Assembly (NCBI GenBank): GCA_041577335.1
Contig: JBFGJH010000006.1
Span: 16,498 to 80,497, forward strand
Reading direction: 5' to 3'
DNA length: 64,000 nucleotides
DNA from: Acidimicrobiia bacterium
Lineage (GTDB): Bacteria; Actinomycetota; Acidimicrobiia; Spongiisociales; JAENVV01
A model generated the notes under the pieces. The model saw only the letters and a program-made list of their open reading frames with translations, did not search any database and was not told the DNA's origin. Shown here one piece after another: positions 8,429 through 18,306 of this stretch. The translations under genes and the position numbers were made by a program. Position 1 is the first letter of the stretch, and each line of letters begins with the position of its first letter.

Positions 8429-9093
8429 GCGAGCGCTGCCCAGATGGCCCGGCCGACCGCCAGAGGCCGCGTGGCTGTAGTCGCTGCCGCACCGAGCCGG
8501 CGATGTTGACCCAGGACAATGACCACAATGACCGATTCCACGTCGCCGATGACCATCCACTCCACGGTCTCAACCAGGGGTCGCGGCCCGACGGCCCCGG
8601 CCATCTCGTAGAGCAGCTCGGCCATCGACTGCCAAATCGCTCCCTCCGAAGCCGGGCTCTCGGTCGAACGTTTCCGTCCCGTTGTGAGTCGCACAGCGAT
8701 GCGAACGCCTCGATCGTTCTCCGACACGGCTACGGTGCCGATTGCCGGCCGGGCCGGAACCGGCCTCACCGGTCGAAGATCCTTCCCCGTTGCCGCAGCC
8801 CGAGGAATCGGGGGCGACTCCTGGGAACTGATCACCTCACGATCCGACGCAACGGCTGATGGTGCAGCAGGCCGCACCGGATCCGCCGCAAAGTCGGCAT
8901 TGAGACCTCTGCTTCGGAGGATCCGAGCGATGGCTTCGACGAGCGATTCCCGATTCGACCCTGGGGCGATCTCGAGCTGTATACCGACCGGGCCCGAGTC
9001 ACCGATCGAAACCAGGGCATCGGTCACTCCGGCCACGGCGAGAAGCTCGTCCTCGAGGGTCATCGACGCAGGCCTCTCTGACGCTTTCGCCAT
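8425..9093 (-). CDS. Hypothetical two-domain protein with Pro/Ala linker
   Basis: Plausible composition and codon usage; convergent with the recombinase-like gene. Start uncertain (9093 or 9165). Confidence 0.6.
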   Translation of the reverse strand: MAKASERPASMTLEDELLAVAGVTDALVSIGDSGPVGIQLEIAPGSNRESLVEAIARILRSRGLNADFAADPVRPAAPSAVASDREVISSQESPPIPRAAATGKDLRPVRPVPARPAIGTVAVSENDRGVRIAVRLTTGRKRSTESPASEGAIWQSMAELLYEMAGAVGPRPLVETVEWMVIGDVESVIVVIVLGQHRRLGAAATTATRPLAVGRAIWAALA

Positions 9094-9410
9094 CGCAGAA
9101 ACTCGATGAGGTCCGACGCGGGCATCGATGCATCTCCACGGCCGTAGGCGGTCTCCCGCCGCCACGCCATATACCCGGGGTCGGCCAGGAGACTTCGGCC
9201 CCGCGCGGCCGATCGGGACGCCCGAACGGCTTCAACCCACAGGTCGGGGTGGCGGGCCAATGACCCCAGTGACTGCCGTATCACAATTCCCTCCCACCGC
9301 TCTCTGTGGCCGAGTATAAGACCGGAACGGTCGGCCACACGACCCGTCTCCGGCGCGTGTTTTCGCCACCCTGATAACCTGGCAAACATTGTGAGAGAAG
9401 ACCGATAGCC

Positions 9411-10385
9411 ATGGCCGTCGCCGACGGATTGACGAGTGCCGACGAGTTCGCGCGCCAGTTCGACTCGATCGCCGACAACGTCGAGCACGTCATCCAGGGC
9501 AAGCGCTCCGTCATCGATCTCACCATTGCCTGCCTGCTGGCTGAGGGCCACCTCCTCATCGAGGACGTGCCCGGCGTCGGGAAGACGCAGCTGGCCAAGA
9601 GCCTCGCACGAAGCATCGACTGTGTGTTTCAGCGGGTCCAGTTCACGCCCGACCTGCTTCCCAGCGACATCACCGGCGTATCGGTGTGGAACCGGCAGCG
9701 ATCGGAGTTCGAATTCAAGCCCGGCGCCATCTTTGCCAATATCGTCGTGGGCGACGAAATCAATCGCGCCAGCCCCAAGACCCAAGCGGCAATGCTCGAA
9801 GCCATGGCCGAGCGGCAGGTGACTTCCGATGGAGTGACGCGTTCACTCGAGCCGCCCTTCATGGTCGTTGCCACCCAAAACCCGCTCGAGCACGAGGGCA
9901 CGTATCCGCTTCCCGAAGCGCAGCTCGATCGTTTCATGATGCGCCTCGTGATCGGCTATCCGGACCGTGCCAAGTCGCTCGAAATCCTGGACACACACGG
10001 GGCTGCCTCGGTGTACGAAAAGCTCGAGCCGGTGGTCACTGCCGAGACGGTCCGGGCGATGATCGAGATGGCTCGGACCGCCCATGTCGCCGAAGGAATC
10101 AAGGCCTACATCGTTGATCTCGTCGAAGCCACCCGGGAGCATGGCGAGATCCTCCTGGGCGCCTCCCCGAGGTCCGCCTTGTTCATGCAACGTGTCTCCC
10201 GAGTCTGGGCGCTCCACCAAGGCCGCGACTTCGTCACACCCGACGACGTCAAGTCGCTGGCCGAGCCAGTCCTTGCCCACCGGATGGCGCTTCGGCCCGA
10301 AGCGACCATGCGAGGCACGTCAATGCATGAAGTCATCACGTCGATCGTCGGGCAGTTGCCAATTCCAGGCAGGGATCGGCTCTGA
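9411..10385 (+). CDS. MoxR family AAA+ ATPase
   Basis: DVPGVGKT, RVQFTPDLLPSDITG, DEINRASPKTQ, ATQNPLEHEGTYPLPEAQLDRF. Confidence 0.95.
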   Translation: MAVADGLTSADEFARQFDSIADNVEHVIQGKRSVIDLTIACLLAEGHLLIEDVPGVGKTQLAKSLARSIDCVFQRVQFTPDLLPSDITGVSVWNRQRSEFEFKPGAIFANIVVGDEINRASPKTQAAMLEAMAERQVTSDGVTRSLEPPFMVVATQNPLEHEGTYPLPEAQLDRFMMRLVIGYPDRAKSLEILDTHGAASVYEKLEPVVTAETVRAMIEMARTAHVAEGIKAYIVDLVEATREHGEILLGASPRSALFMQRVSRVWALHQGRDFVTPDDVKSLAEPVLAHRMALRPEATMRGTSMHEVITSIVGQLPIPGRDRL

Positions 10386-11566
10386 TGCCGACCGAACGCG
10401 GCTGGATCGCGTTCGGGGTTGCTGCCGCCCTGGCTCTGCTCTGGCTCGGCCTGGGAGAGGTCGAGCTGTTCACGACGGGCCTGCTCCTCTTGGGCGCTCT
10501 GCTCTTCGGCCTGGTGTTCGTACGGCTCAACAAGCCGACTGTGACGGTCACACGTCAGCTGACGCCGTCGACGGTGCGCGAGGGTGACCTGGCGATGGTG
10601 GAAACCAGAATCGTGACCTCATCCCGAGTTGGGTTGTGGAACCCAACAGTCGAAGACCACGTGGTCGGGCTCGGCTCGGCCACTTTCGTCACCGCCAAAA
10701 TCACCCAGCGCAACCCGGGCGTCGCCTCCTACCAAATCTTGTGCCGACCGCGCGGTCGGTTCGAGGTCGGGCCGGCCAGGGTCTGGACCACGGACCCGCT
10801 CCGCCTCGTGCGGCTGGGAGGCGCGGTCGGCGATCAGGATGTCCTCGTCGTCTATCCATCCATCGAGCCGCTGTCGGGGTTTCCGACTTCCCAGGGACGC
10901 GATCCGTCCACGCAGGCGTCTCGCCCCGAATTCAGCCAAAGCGGCGGCGAGGATTTCTTCACGATTCGCGAGTACGAGACCGGTGATGACCTGCGCCGGG
11001 TTCACTGGCCGAGCTCGGCCAAGCGGGACCGGCTCATGATCCGTCAACTCGAGACGCCATGGCAATCGAGGGCCCTCGTCATGTTGGACACCCGCAATAC
11101 CTCCTATCCCAACTCGGCGCTCTTCGAACAAGCCGTGCGAGGCGCTGCCTCGGTCATCCACCATCTGCACCACCGCGGTTTCGATGCCGAGCTCTGGATA
11201 GGAGATCGGCCGCTGCAGAGGAAAGCCAACCACTACATCGCCGCCATGGAGATGCTGGCGGATGTGGACCTGGTCAAACGTTTCGACCTGGCGGAAGCGG
11301 CCGGCCGGATTCAGAGAGCCGGGCGGGGTGGGGCGCTCATTTTCGTGGGGGGCGAGCCCGACTCCGGCCTCTTGGCCGCCCACCGGGTGCTCTCCGCCTC
11401 ATACCGGACCGCCATCCTCATGTCGGCCACCGACACCAAGAACGACATCGACGCCATGTTCCGGCAAGCCGGCGTCACGATCATCCGTGCAGGCACCAAC
11501 GAGAAATGGGCGCCTGTATGGCTCGCTTCAGTGGACAAACCATGGTCCTCCGTCTCAGCTTCCTGA
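10385..11566 (+). CDS. DUF58 domain protein (MoxR partner)
   Basis: N-terminal TMs, IREYETGDDLRRVHWPSSAK motif; coupled to MoxR by TGATG. Confidence 0.9.
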   Translation: MPTERGWIAFGVAAALALLWLGLGEVELFTTGLLLLGALLFGLVFVRLNKPTVTVTRQLTPSTVREGDLAMVETRIVTSSRVGLWNPTVEDHVVGLGSATFVTAKITQRNPGVASYQILCRPRGRFEVGPARVWTTDPLRLVRLGGAVGDQDVLVVYPSIEPLSGFPTSQGRDPSTQASRPEFSQSGGEDFFTIREYETGDDLRRVHWPSSAKRDRLMIRQLETPWQSRALVMLDTRNTSYPNSALFEQAVRGAASVIHHLHHRGFDAELWIGDRPLQRKANHYIAAMEMLADVDLVKRFDLAEAAGRIQRAGRGGALIFVGGEPDSGLLAAHRVLSASYRTAILMSATDTKNDIDAMFRQAGVTIIRAGTNEKWAPVWLASVDKPWSSVSAS

Positions 11567-13944
11567 TCGCCCTCGTTGCGGCGGCACTACCGATCGTCCG
11601 TCTGAGTCGTCTCATCCGCACCGAGGACACGTCCGCGTGGCTGTTCATCATCGCCGGCGCATTCCTGCTCGGAATGCTGGCCACGTGGGCGGTCTGGGCA
11701 TACCGCCGATCCGTGCTCTTGGTGGCCGGCGTCAACGTGGCGGCCGTCGGATTGATCATCGTCACGTACCTTGCTCCCGACACGACTTGGGGCATCCTCC
11801 CCACCACAGCGACCGGCCCGGTGGTGGCGGAGGAGTTGAGTTTCGCTCTCGAGTTGCTGCGGTTCGGCACCGCTCCGGTCATTCCCGTCGCCGGGCTGGT
11901 GGCGGCGCTCGGAGCCATCTTCTGGCTGTTCGGGGCGGTTGCCGCATGGGCCGTCGAGACCTCCCGTCCGTTGGCAGCCATAGGCGGGCCGGCGGTCCTC
12001 TACCTGCAGCTCGCTACGATCGACCGCACTCCCTCGGGACCAGGCTGGATCGCCGCTTTCCTTGCCGTCGTCGGGGCGGCCTTGTTGATCTCGGTGATCG
12101 AAGATCGCCGGCGCGCCACGGGCCGCTTGCACACGGTCTCGGGGACGATGCTCAAGCGGACCGCATTGGCCCGCTCGCTTGCGTACCTGTCCGTGCTCGT
12201 CGTGGGTGCCACCGTGGCCGGCCTCATGGTGTCGGCGGTCGTTCCGTCGGTTGGCCTGCTCAACTGGCGAGCTCGCTCCGGTATCGGAACGGGCATCTAT
12301 GGCGGGGTCTCCTACAACCTCTTCGTGTCGACTGTTCAGACAGATCTCATCTCGCTCGGGGACGAGCCCGTCTTCGTGGCAAGGACATCGGAGCCCGCAA
12401 CGGCCCGGCGAATGTTCTGGCGCCTCATCACCCTCGAGCGGTACGACGGTTCGCACTGGTACCCGGGGCTGTTGAGTTCCGGCGACCCAAACCGAACGAC
12501 GCAATGGGAACGCGGCGACCACAAATATCAGGGTCTCACCCGTACTGTCGATCAGCGAGTCCAAATCCGGAGCCTGCGGCAGAACTACGTGCCCCACGTG
12601 TACTCGCCCATCGACCTGGAATCCGACAACCGTGTGCTGGCAGACAGCCTTCGGGTGCGCGAGGACGGTGCGATCAAGTTCGATGCGCTCACCTGGGAAG
12701 GGCTCGACTACACGATCCGATCCGTGGTCCCCGACGACCCCGTGTCGGAACTGGCCTCCGTGGACGGCGCCTTCTCGCCGATGTTCGCCGCCGCTGCTGC
12801 CGATGGTCGCTTCGGCGGGTCGCCGAGTGCAGCGCGCCGTCCCCTCTCGCCACCTCAGAACATCGCTGTGTTCGAGGAGCTGCCCGAAGAGCTCGATCCG
12901 CGGATCGTCGAAAAAGCGCTGGATCTCACCGAGCTGGGTGTGACCGACTACGAGAAGGCCCTTCTGCTCGAGTCGTTCTATCGCAGCCCACAGGAGTTCC
13001 TCTACTCGGTCGATATCGATCCGGGTCATTCCGCAACTGACTTGGCCAGCTGGCTCTTCGACCCGGAGTCGCCGAACTTCCGAACCGGTTACTGCGAACA
13101 GTTCGCGACCGGAATGGCGGTGATGGCCCGTGCGGTTGGCCTGCCTTCTCGGGTTGTCCTGGGCTTTACGCCCGGCGAGATCTCAGACGACAACCTGATT
13201 ACCGTTCGCCAGAAGAACGCCCATGCCTGGGTGGAGCTCTGGATCGACGACCACGGTTGGGTTCAGTTCGATCCGACCCCTCGCAGCGATGGCGTCAATC
13301 CCTCGACCTCTTCGGCATTGGCGTTTGTGCCGGCCGATTACGCGATCCCGCTGGAGGACGAGTTGGCTGAAGCCGACTCCCCCGGTGCCGCGCAGGGATC
13401 GCCGTTCGACGACGAAATCCGGATTCCCGAGCTCCTCGCCGAGCGGGAGGCGCTCCTGAACGCGCAGGCAGCCGCGGCGGCGGCCGATAACTCGTTCTTC
13501 AACAACCTCAGCCTGCCGGACTGGTGGTGGCGAATCCCGGCCAGCTCGGTAATTCTCGTCCTCGTCCCTCTGGTCAAGGTCCTCCGGCGCCGGTGGCGTA
13601 TGCGACGGCTGCTCAAGGGCGATGTGACCGCAGCGTGGAACGAGGTCACCGACCAACTGCGCGACGCCGGAATGTGGCGGGCCTCGGACGTCTCCACCCC
13701 GGCCGAGGTCGCCGAGTCCTCATTCGACTCGCTCGACCCGCTGGCTCGCCACTACGCAACTCACCTATGGAGCTCGTCAGGACGGGTGACCGCCACCATG
13801 ATTCGGGAAAGCGTCAACGCTCTCGAATCGACAGAGGCCACCATCAGAGACTCAAGCTCGATGCTCCGCCGGGTTGGCCGGGTGTGGAACCCGCGCTCGG
13901 TGGTTCGCCAGATCGTCTCATCGGTCAAGTCGACGCGGCGCTAA
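11542..13944 (+). CDS. Multi-TM transglutaminase-like protein (TgpA/DUF3488 type)
   Basis: About 8 N-terminal TMs. Catalytic GYCEQFA, NAHAWVE and FDPTP. Start reassigned to ATG 11542. Confidence 0.9.
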   Translation: MVLRLSFLIALVAAALPIVRLSRLIRTEDTSAWLFIIAGAFLLGMLATWAVWAYRRSVLLVAGVNVAAVGLIIVTYLAPDTTWGILPTTATGPVVAEELSFALELLRFGTAPVIPVAGLVAALGAIFWLFGAVAAWAVETSRPLAAIGGPAVLYLQLATIDRTPSGPGWIAAFLAVVGAALLISVIEDRRRATGRLHTVSGTMLKRTALARSLAYLSVLVVGATVAGLMVSAVVPSVGLLNWRARSGIGTGIYGGVSYNLFVSTVQTDLISLGDEPVFVARTSEPATARRMFWRLITLERYDGSHWYPGLLSSGDPNRTTQWERGDHKYQGLTRTVDQRVQIRSLRQNYVPHVYSPIDLESDNRVLADSLRVREDGAIKFDALTWEGLDYTIRSVVPDDPVSELASVDGAFSPMFAAAAADGRFGGSPSAARRPLSPPQNIAVFEELPEELDPRIVEKALDLTELGVTDYEKALLLESFYRSPQEFLYSVDIDPGHSATDLASWLFDPESPNFRTGYCEQFATGMAVMARAVGLPSRVVLGFTPGEISDDNLITVRQKNAHAWVELWIDDHGWVQFDPTPRSDGVNPSTSSALAFVPADYAIPLEDELAEADSPGAAQGSPFDDEIRIPELLAEREALLNAQAAAAAADNSFFNNLSLPDWWWRIPASSVILVLVPLVKVLRRRWRMRRLLKGDVTAAWNEVTDQLRDAGMWRASDVSTPAEVAESSFDSLDPLARHYATHLWSSSGRVTATMIRESVNALESTEATIRDSSSMLRRVGRVWNPRSVVRQIVSSVKSTRR

Positions 13945-13957
13945 CACCCCGAAACCC

Positions 13958-14440
13958 TCAACCGCTGGCGACGTCTTCCTCAACTCGCCGCAGCACGTCG
14001 AGGAACTGATCTCGGTCGAGCTCGAACCGGGTGACGTCTTCTTGAACCTCGCGGGTGATTGAGTCGATGGCCACGAAGAAGGCCAATTGCCCTTCCTTCA
14101 GTGCATCGAGCAGCTGGGCCTGATTCGAAGTCACGTGAAAAATCGACGTGCCGTCGGTGACGAGTTGAACGTCGGCGAGGTGAGTGTCCATGTCGGCGTT
14201 GCGCCGGAGGTAGTCCCAGGCGCGTCGGACGCGCTGGACCGACATCCCGTTGTCGAGGAGAGAACGAACGACCCGCAACGCGACGAGGTCACGGAAGTTG
14301 TACATGCGCCGCACTCCTGGACGACCGCCGGTGCTTTGAATGGAAGGTCTCACGAGATCTACCCGATCCCAATAGCGCAACTGGTGTTGGGTGCACCCCG
14401 TCAGCTTGGACGCTTGTTGCGCCGTGAAGCCCTCCTGCAA
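13958..14440 (-). CDS. MerR family transcriptional regulator
   Basis: GFTAQQASKLTGCTQHQLRYWDRVDLVRPS...RMYNFRDL HTH. Likely TTG start at 14440 after GGAGG. Confidence 0.85.
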   Translation of the reverse strand: MQEGFTAQQASKLTGCTQHQLRYWDRVDLVRPSIQSTGGRPGVRRMYNFRDLVALRVVRSLLDNGMSVQRVRRAWDYLRRNADMDTHLADVQLVTDGTSIFHVTSNQAQLLDALKEGQLAFFVAIDSITREVQEDVTRFELDRDQFLDVLRRVEEDVASG

Positions 14441-14601
14441 GTCCGTCTCCTCCAACCTCAAGACGGCCGAAGTCTGGGGCCGTCCTACCTCCAATTAGCG
14501 CGGCGGAACACTTCCGCCGCTGCTGCGCCGTCGCGTCTCCAGCGACGCCGGCATCCAGCCTTCCCCCACCCTCTGGGGTCCGGTACCTTAGTCGATCGAA
14601 A

Positions 14602-14943
14602 TCAACCCGGACGCCGGAAACGCCGGGCTCTCCCTTCCGGATCGTCTTCGTTGGCCCCGTTGACCAGTCGAAGGCGACCGGAACGGCCCCGTACCTCGCG
14701 CATGAAGAAGAAGGCCGACACGACGAGGAACACGAAGCCTGCGAGAGCTATCCACACGTTCCACAGGTAGGTCGCCACCATTGCGATGGACAAGATCACT
14801 CCGAGAGCCAAGACACGCTGCCGCCACGGCGACGTTACCTTCTTGGTGATGTTGCGTACGGCATCGGCGAGATCGGGGTCCTCTTCATAGAACCGCCGCT
14901 CGATCTCTGCGAGAATGCGCTGCTCTCGGTCGTCCAAACCCAT
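14602..14943 (-). CDS. DUF3040 domain membrane protein
   Basis: MGLDDREQRILAEIERRFYEEDPDLA followed by two TMs; a family typical of actinobacterial mraZ neighbourhoods. Confidence 0.85.
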   Translation of the reverse strand: MGLDDREQRILAEIERRFYEEDPDLADAVRNITKKVTSPWRQRVLALGVILSIAMVATYLWNVWIALAGFVFLVVSAFFFMREVRGRSGRLRLVNGANEDDPEGRARRFRRPG

Positions 14944-15043
14944 CTGTCGCGACTCCCTCAGCGTTGGCTTCAGCGACTCATCTCAGTATACGCAGGCTCC
15001 CTGCGCAACCGGCATAGCGAATCTCGGCTTTTTTTTGCAACCC

Positions 15044-16213
15044 TCATTCGTCACCATCAGTATGCAAAACGGCCGGCCCCACCGCACCTTCGCCGTACTT
15101 GAGGCGCACGGTTTCGACGGCATCTTCGAGATCGTCCCATTTGGCAGGCCGATCGGTGGCGAGCTGGCGCGGGGCATCGCGCGGCTCGAGATGGGAAACG
15201 CCGATGCCCAGGAGCCGCACACCTTCGCTGCGACGCGGCATTCGCTCGAGAAGCTGCAACGCCGCCCGATGCAGGTCACGGGTCACGTCGGTGGCAGACG
15301 CCAGCGTGAGCGTACGGACGGGCGTGTCGAAGTCCCGAAAACGGAGCTTCAGGGTGATTGTGCGACCTGCGACGCCTGCTTGACGAAGTCGAGAGGCAAC
15401 TCGCGTGGCATGCCGCAACACCTCGGTGCGGATCAGCGCTGCGTCGTGAAGGTCGGCGCCGTAGGTCTGTTCGGCGGAGATGGATTTGGCTTCCGAAGTG
15501 GCGATCACCGGTCGGGGATCTTCGCCGCGGGAGAGCGCGGCGAGATGGGCGCCGGCGCTTGCGCCGAGCAGGCGCTGGAGCATCGCGACGTCCAAGTCGG
15601 CGAGTTCGCCGACGGTTTGCACACCAACCCGCTCGAGGGCGGCATGGGCTGCCTCGCCTACACCCCACAACGCGCGAACACTCAACGCGTGCAGGAATTC
15701 GAGCTGGCTCTCGACCGGCACATGGAGCATCCCATCGGGCTTGGCGCGCGTGGACGCCAGCTTCGCCATGAATTTGGTGGCGGCCACCCCTGCGGACGAA
15801 GGAATTCCCACCTCGGCGCCGACTCGCTCCCGGACAGCCTGAGCGATCTGAACGGAGCTTTGGTAATGGCGGGTGAGGCCCGAGACGTCGAGAAACGCCT
15901 CGTCGACCGACAGCCCTTCGACCAATGGCGTGAACGATCGCAGGATGGCAAACACCGAGGCGCTGACCGATCGGTAGTACCCATGATCGGTGGGGACCAC
16001 GACCAGCGCCGGGCACATGCGCCTGGCTTGGGCCATCGGTTGGGCAGAATGCACCCCCGCCCGCCGCGCCTCATACGAGGCAGAGGCCACGACGCCCCGA
16101 TTGCCGCCACCGCCGACAACCACCGGTTTGCCGCCAAGCGAAGGATCACGCAGTCGCTCGCACTCGACGAAGAACGAGTCCATATCGACATGAATGATGG
16201 GCTCTGTGAACAC
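15044..16213 (-). CDS. dinB: DNA polymerase IV
   Basis: IIHVDMDSFF, VVASASYEARR, LSVDEAFLD, KLASTRAKPDG, little-finger domain. Confidence 0.95.
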   Translation of the reverse strand: MFTEPIIHVDMDSFFVECERLRDPSLGGKPVVVGGGGNRGVVASASYEARRAGVHSAQPMAQARRMCPALVVVPTDHGYYRSVSASVFAILRSFTPLVEGLSVDEAFLDVSGLTRHYQSSVQIAQAVRERVGAEVGIPSSAGVAATKFMAKLASTRAKPDGMLHVPVESQLEFLHALSVRALWGVGEAAHAALERVGVQTVGELADLDVAMLQRLLGASAGAHLAALSRGEDPRPVIATSEAKSISAEQTYGADLHDAALIRTEVLRHATRVASRLRQAGVAGRTITLKLRFRDFDTPVRTLTLASATDVTRDLHRAALQLLERMPRRSEGVRLLGIGVSHLEPRDAPRQLATDRPAKWDDLEDAVETVRLKYGEGAVGPAVLHTDGDE

Positions 16214-16352
16214 GCAAAAACCGTAGCGGGGCGGCGCTCATCGCGTCTCTCATTCTGTCTCATTGCGCGCAGGCGAGGATTGCATGGCTTCGTCGCGCCT
16301 GTGGCGACCAACGGGATCCTGCGACTCGATCGAGGTCCTAACATCATCGCTT

Positions 16353-16973
16353 ATGGCCAACTACGTACATCTGGTCCGACACGGAGAGGTCGACAACCCC
16401 GAGCACGTCGTGTACGGCCGGATGCCAGGTTTTGGGCTCACCGACCGAGGCAGGCGCCAGGCGGCTGACGCGGGAAGGTACCTTCGGCGGAGGCCGATCG
16501 TGGCGGTATGGTCGAGCCCCCTGAGACGAGCAGTCGCGACTGCCGACGCGATAGCTCAGCCCCATGGCCTGCCCGTTCATGTGGACGATGAACTCACCGA
16601 GTGGAAGCTGGCCGACCGATGGCAAGGCATCGTGTGGGAAGACCTGCCGGAGCGCTTTCCCGGAGAACTGGAGACGTATCTGGAATCCCCGTGGGACTTG
16701 CCGTTTGCTCCCGAATCTCTCGAGGCATGCGCCGACCGCATGGCCAAAGCCGTGGTGCGAGCTTGCGAAGACCATCGCACCGGCGACGTCGTCGTCGTTT
16801 CGCACCAGGATCCTGTCCAGGCCGTACGGCTCCTGCTGACCGGGAGAACCCTCCGCGAACAGCACGACCACAAGCCCGAGCACGCCACCGTCATCACGTT
16901 GGAGAAAGACTCAGCTTGGCGCGAGGTCAGCCGTTATGACCCTGACGAGCAGGAGCCCTTCCCGCCCCGCTAG
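16353..16973 (+). CDS. Histidine phosphatase (phosphoglycerate mutase-like) family
   Basis: LVRHGEV, WSSPLRRAVATA, LTE and VVSHQDP motifs. Confidence 0.88.
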   Translation: MANYVHLVRHGEVDNPEHVVYGRMPGFGLTDRGRRQAADAGRYLRRRPIVAVWSSPLRRAVATADAIAQPHGLPVHVDDELTEWKLADRWQGIVWEDLPERFPGELETYLESPWDLPFAPESLEACADRMAKAVVRACEDHRTGDVVVVSHQDPVQAVRLLLTGRTLREQHDHKPEHATVITLEKDSAWREVSRYDPDEQEPFPPR

Positions 16974-17482
16974 CCATGTTCGCGGAGTGCCTCGAACAAT
17001 GCGTAGTCGGTTTCGAACGCCAGTTCGGGAAGGTCGTCGAGAGAGAAGAACCCGACCTCGGTCGCGTCGTCGCCGGCCACCAGTCGGCCGCCTCGTTCGA
17101 TGCCTTCGAACCAGATACCGACTGTCAGTTTGCCGGGATCGTGAAAGTTCGAAGCCACCCACAGGACCTCGCCAATGTCAGCGATGAGGCCCGTCTCTTC
17201 TTGGAGCTCGCGCGCCGCGGCAGCCCTGATCTCTTCGCCGTAATCGACGTAGCCGGCGGGTACTGCCCAGTAGCCGGACCTGGCCGTCCCAGGGCCTCGC
17301 TTCACCAACAGAATCCGACCATCACGCCGGATCACCGTCGCGGCACCGACGGCAGGGTTGCGCCAGTGGACGAACTCGCAACTCGGGCAGTTCATCCGAA
17401 CGCGATTGCCGATCTTCTTCGGGCCGAGCGGGGTTGCGCAGTGTGGGCAATACGAATACTCCCCGGGCCATGACTCTGCCAT
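16970..17482 (-). CDS. NUDIX hydrolase with N-terminal zinc ribbon
   Basis: CPHC...CPSC, then GYVDYGEEIRAAAARELQEETGL Nudix box. Confidence 0.92.
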   Translation of the reverse strand: MAESWPGEYSYCPHCATPLGPKKIGNRVRMNCPSCEFVHWRNPAVGAATVIRRDGRILLVKRGPGTARSGYWAVPAGYVDYGEEIRAAAARELQEETGLIADIGEVLWVASNFHDPGKLTVGIWFEGIERGGRLVAGDDATEVGFFSLDDLPELAFETDYALFEALREHG

Positions 17483-17562
17483 CCCGGGATCTTAGAAGGC
17501 CCGCGACTCCGCGGTTCTGGCCTGGTGATCATGAGCGAGGCCGTTGCCGCGATAATGGAAGT

Positions 17563-18306
17563 GTGCACCAGCAACCTGTTCTGATCTCGGCGATCATCAG
17601 CGCTGCAATCGTGACGTGCCTCGGCGCCATCCTGCTGGCGCCGGGTGCGGATGGCTCTGCAACGTTGATCGCGCTCGCCCTGGCGTGGGAAGGGGCCGTC
17701 GCCCTGGTCGGATTCCTGGTGACGCACGGCATTTGGGCGAGGCGGATGCTGACAGCGACGCTGACTTCCGGCATTATTGCATTGGCCGTCACAGAGCAAA
17801 CGCCCTGGTGGTGGGCTGCCCTCGCGCTGGGGGCGATGGGACTGTACGTGGTGATCGGCCCGCCACTCGATCGCTGGACGCGCCGCCTCGTTCCCCCGAC
17901 TCCGCTTCCCTATCAGGTGATCGTTCTGCCACTGGCTCTCTTGGCCGTTCCCTATGTCGCCGGCCTCCTCCGGGTGGAAATCGTTGCCGGGGCAGTGTGG
18001 ACGGCGGTCGCCGCCGCCACTGCCTGGGCGTTCAGCCGGGCGTGGGTCGCCGGATTGTGGTCCGCCCGGATCCTCGTACCGGCGAGTGGCATATTTGCCT
18101 CACTCACCGCCCCTTCGATTTGGCAGACCGTGGTCGTGATCGCAGTGATAGCAGTCACGACCTGGTTCGCCTGGACGAAGCCTGCTCTTCTCGTGGTCTC
18201 GCCGCTCGAGCCGATTCGGGGCCAGGTCAAGCCGGTCTTTGCGGCGCTGGCACCCGAGGAGGTACGGCGGGCTGCCGGCGTTGATCGAGATGGGCGACGG
18301 CTCTGA
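17563..18306 (+). CDS. Hypothetical multi-pass membrane protein
   Basis: About 7-8 hydrophobic segments; GTG start 6 nt after GATAAT. Confidence 0.7.
   Translation: MHQQPVLISAIISAAIVTCLGAILLAPGADGSATLIALALAWEGAVALVGFLVTHGIWARRMLTATLTSGIIALAVTEQTPWWWAALALGAMGLYVVIGPPLDRWTRRLVPPTPLPYQVIVLPLALLAVPYVAGLLRVEIVAGAVWTAVAAATAWAFSRAWVAGLWSARILVPASGIFASLTAPSIWQTVVVIAVIAVTTWFAWTKPALLVVSPLEPIRGQVKPVFAALAPEEVRRAAGVDRDGRRL

Noticed and set aside
11059-13040. Extended transglutaminase start (11059) and 592-aa alternative-frame ORF (11262-13040)
   Set aside because: They overlap DUF58 and the TGase in other frames and have low-complexity Arg/Pro/Gly composition.
14915-16468. 517-aa plus-strand ORF
   Set aside because: Antisense shadow of dinB with no motifs; long shadow ORFs are expected at this GC content.
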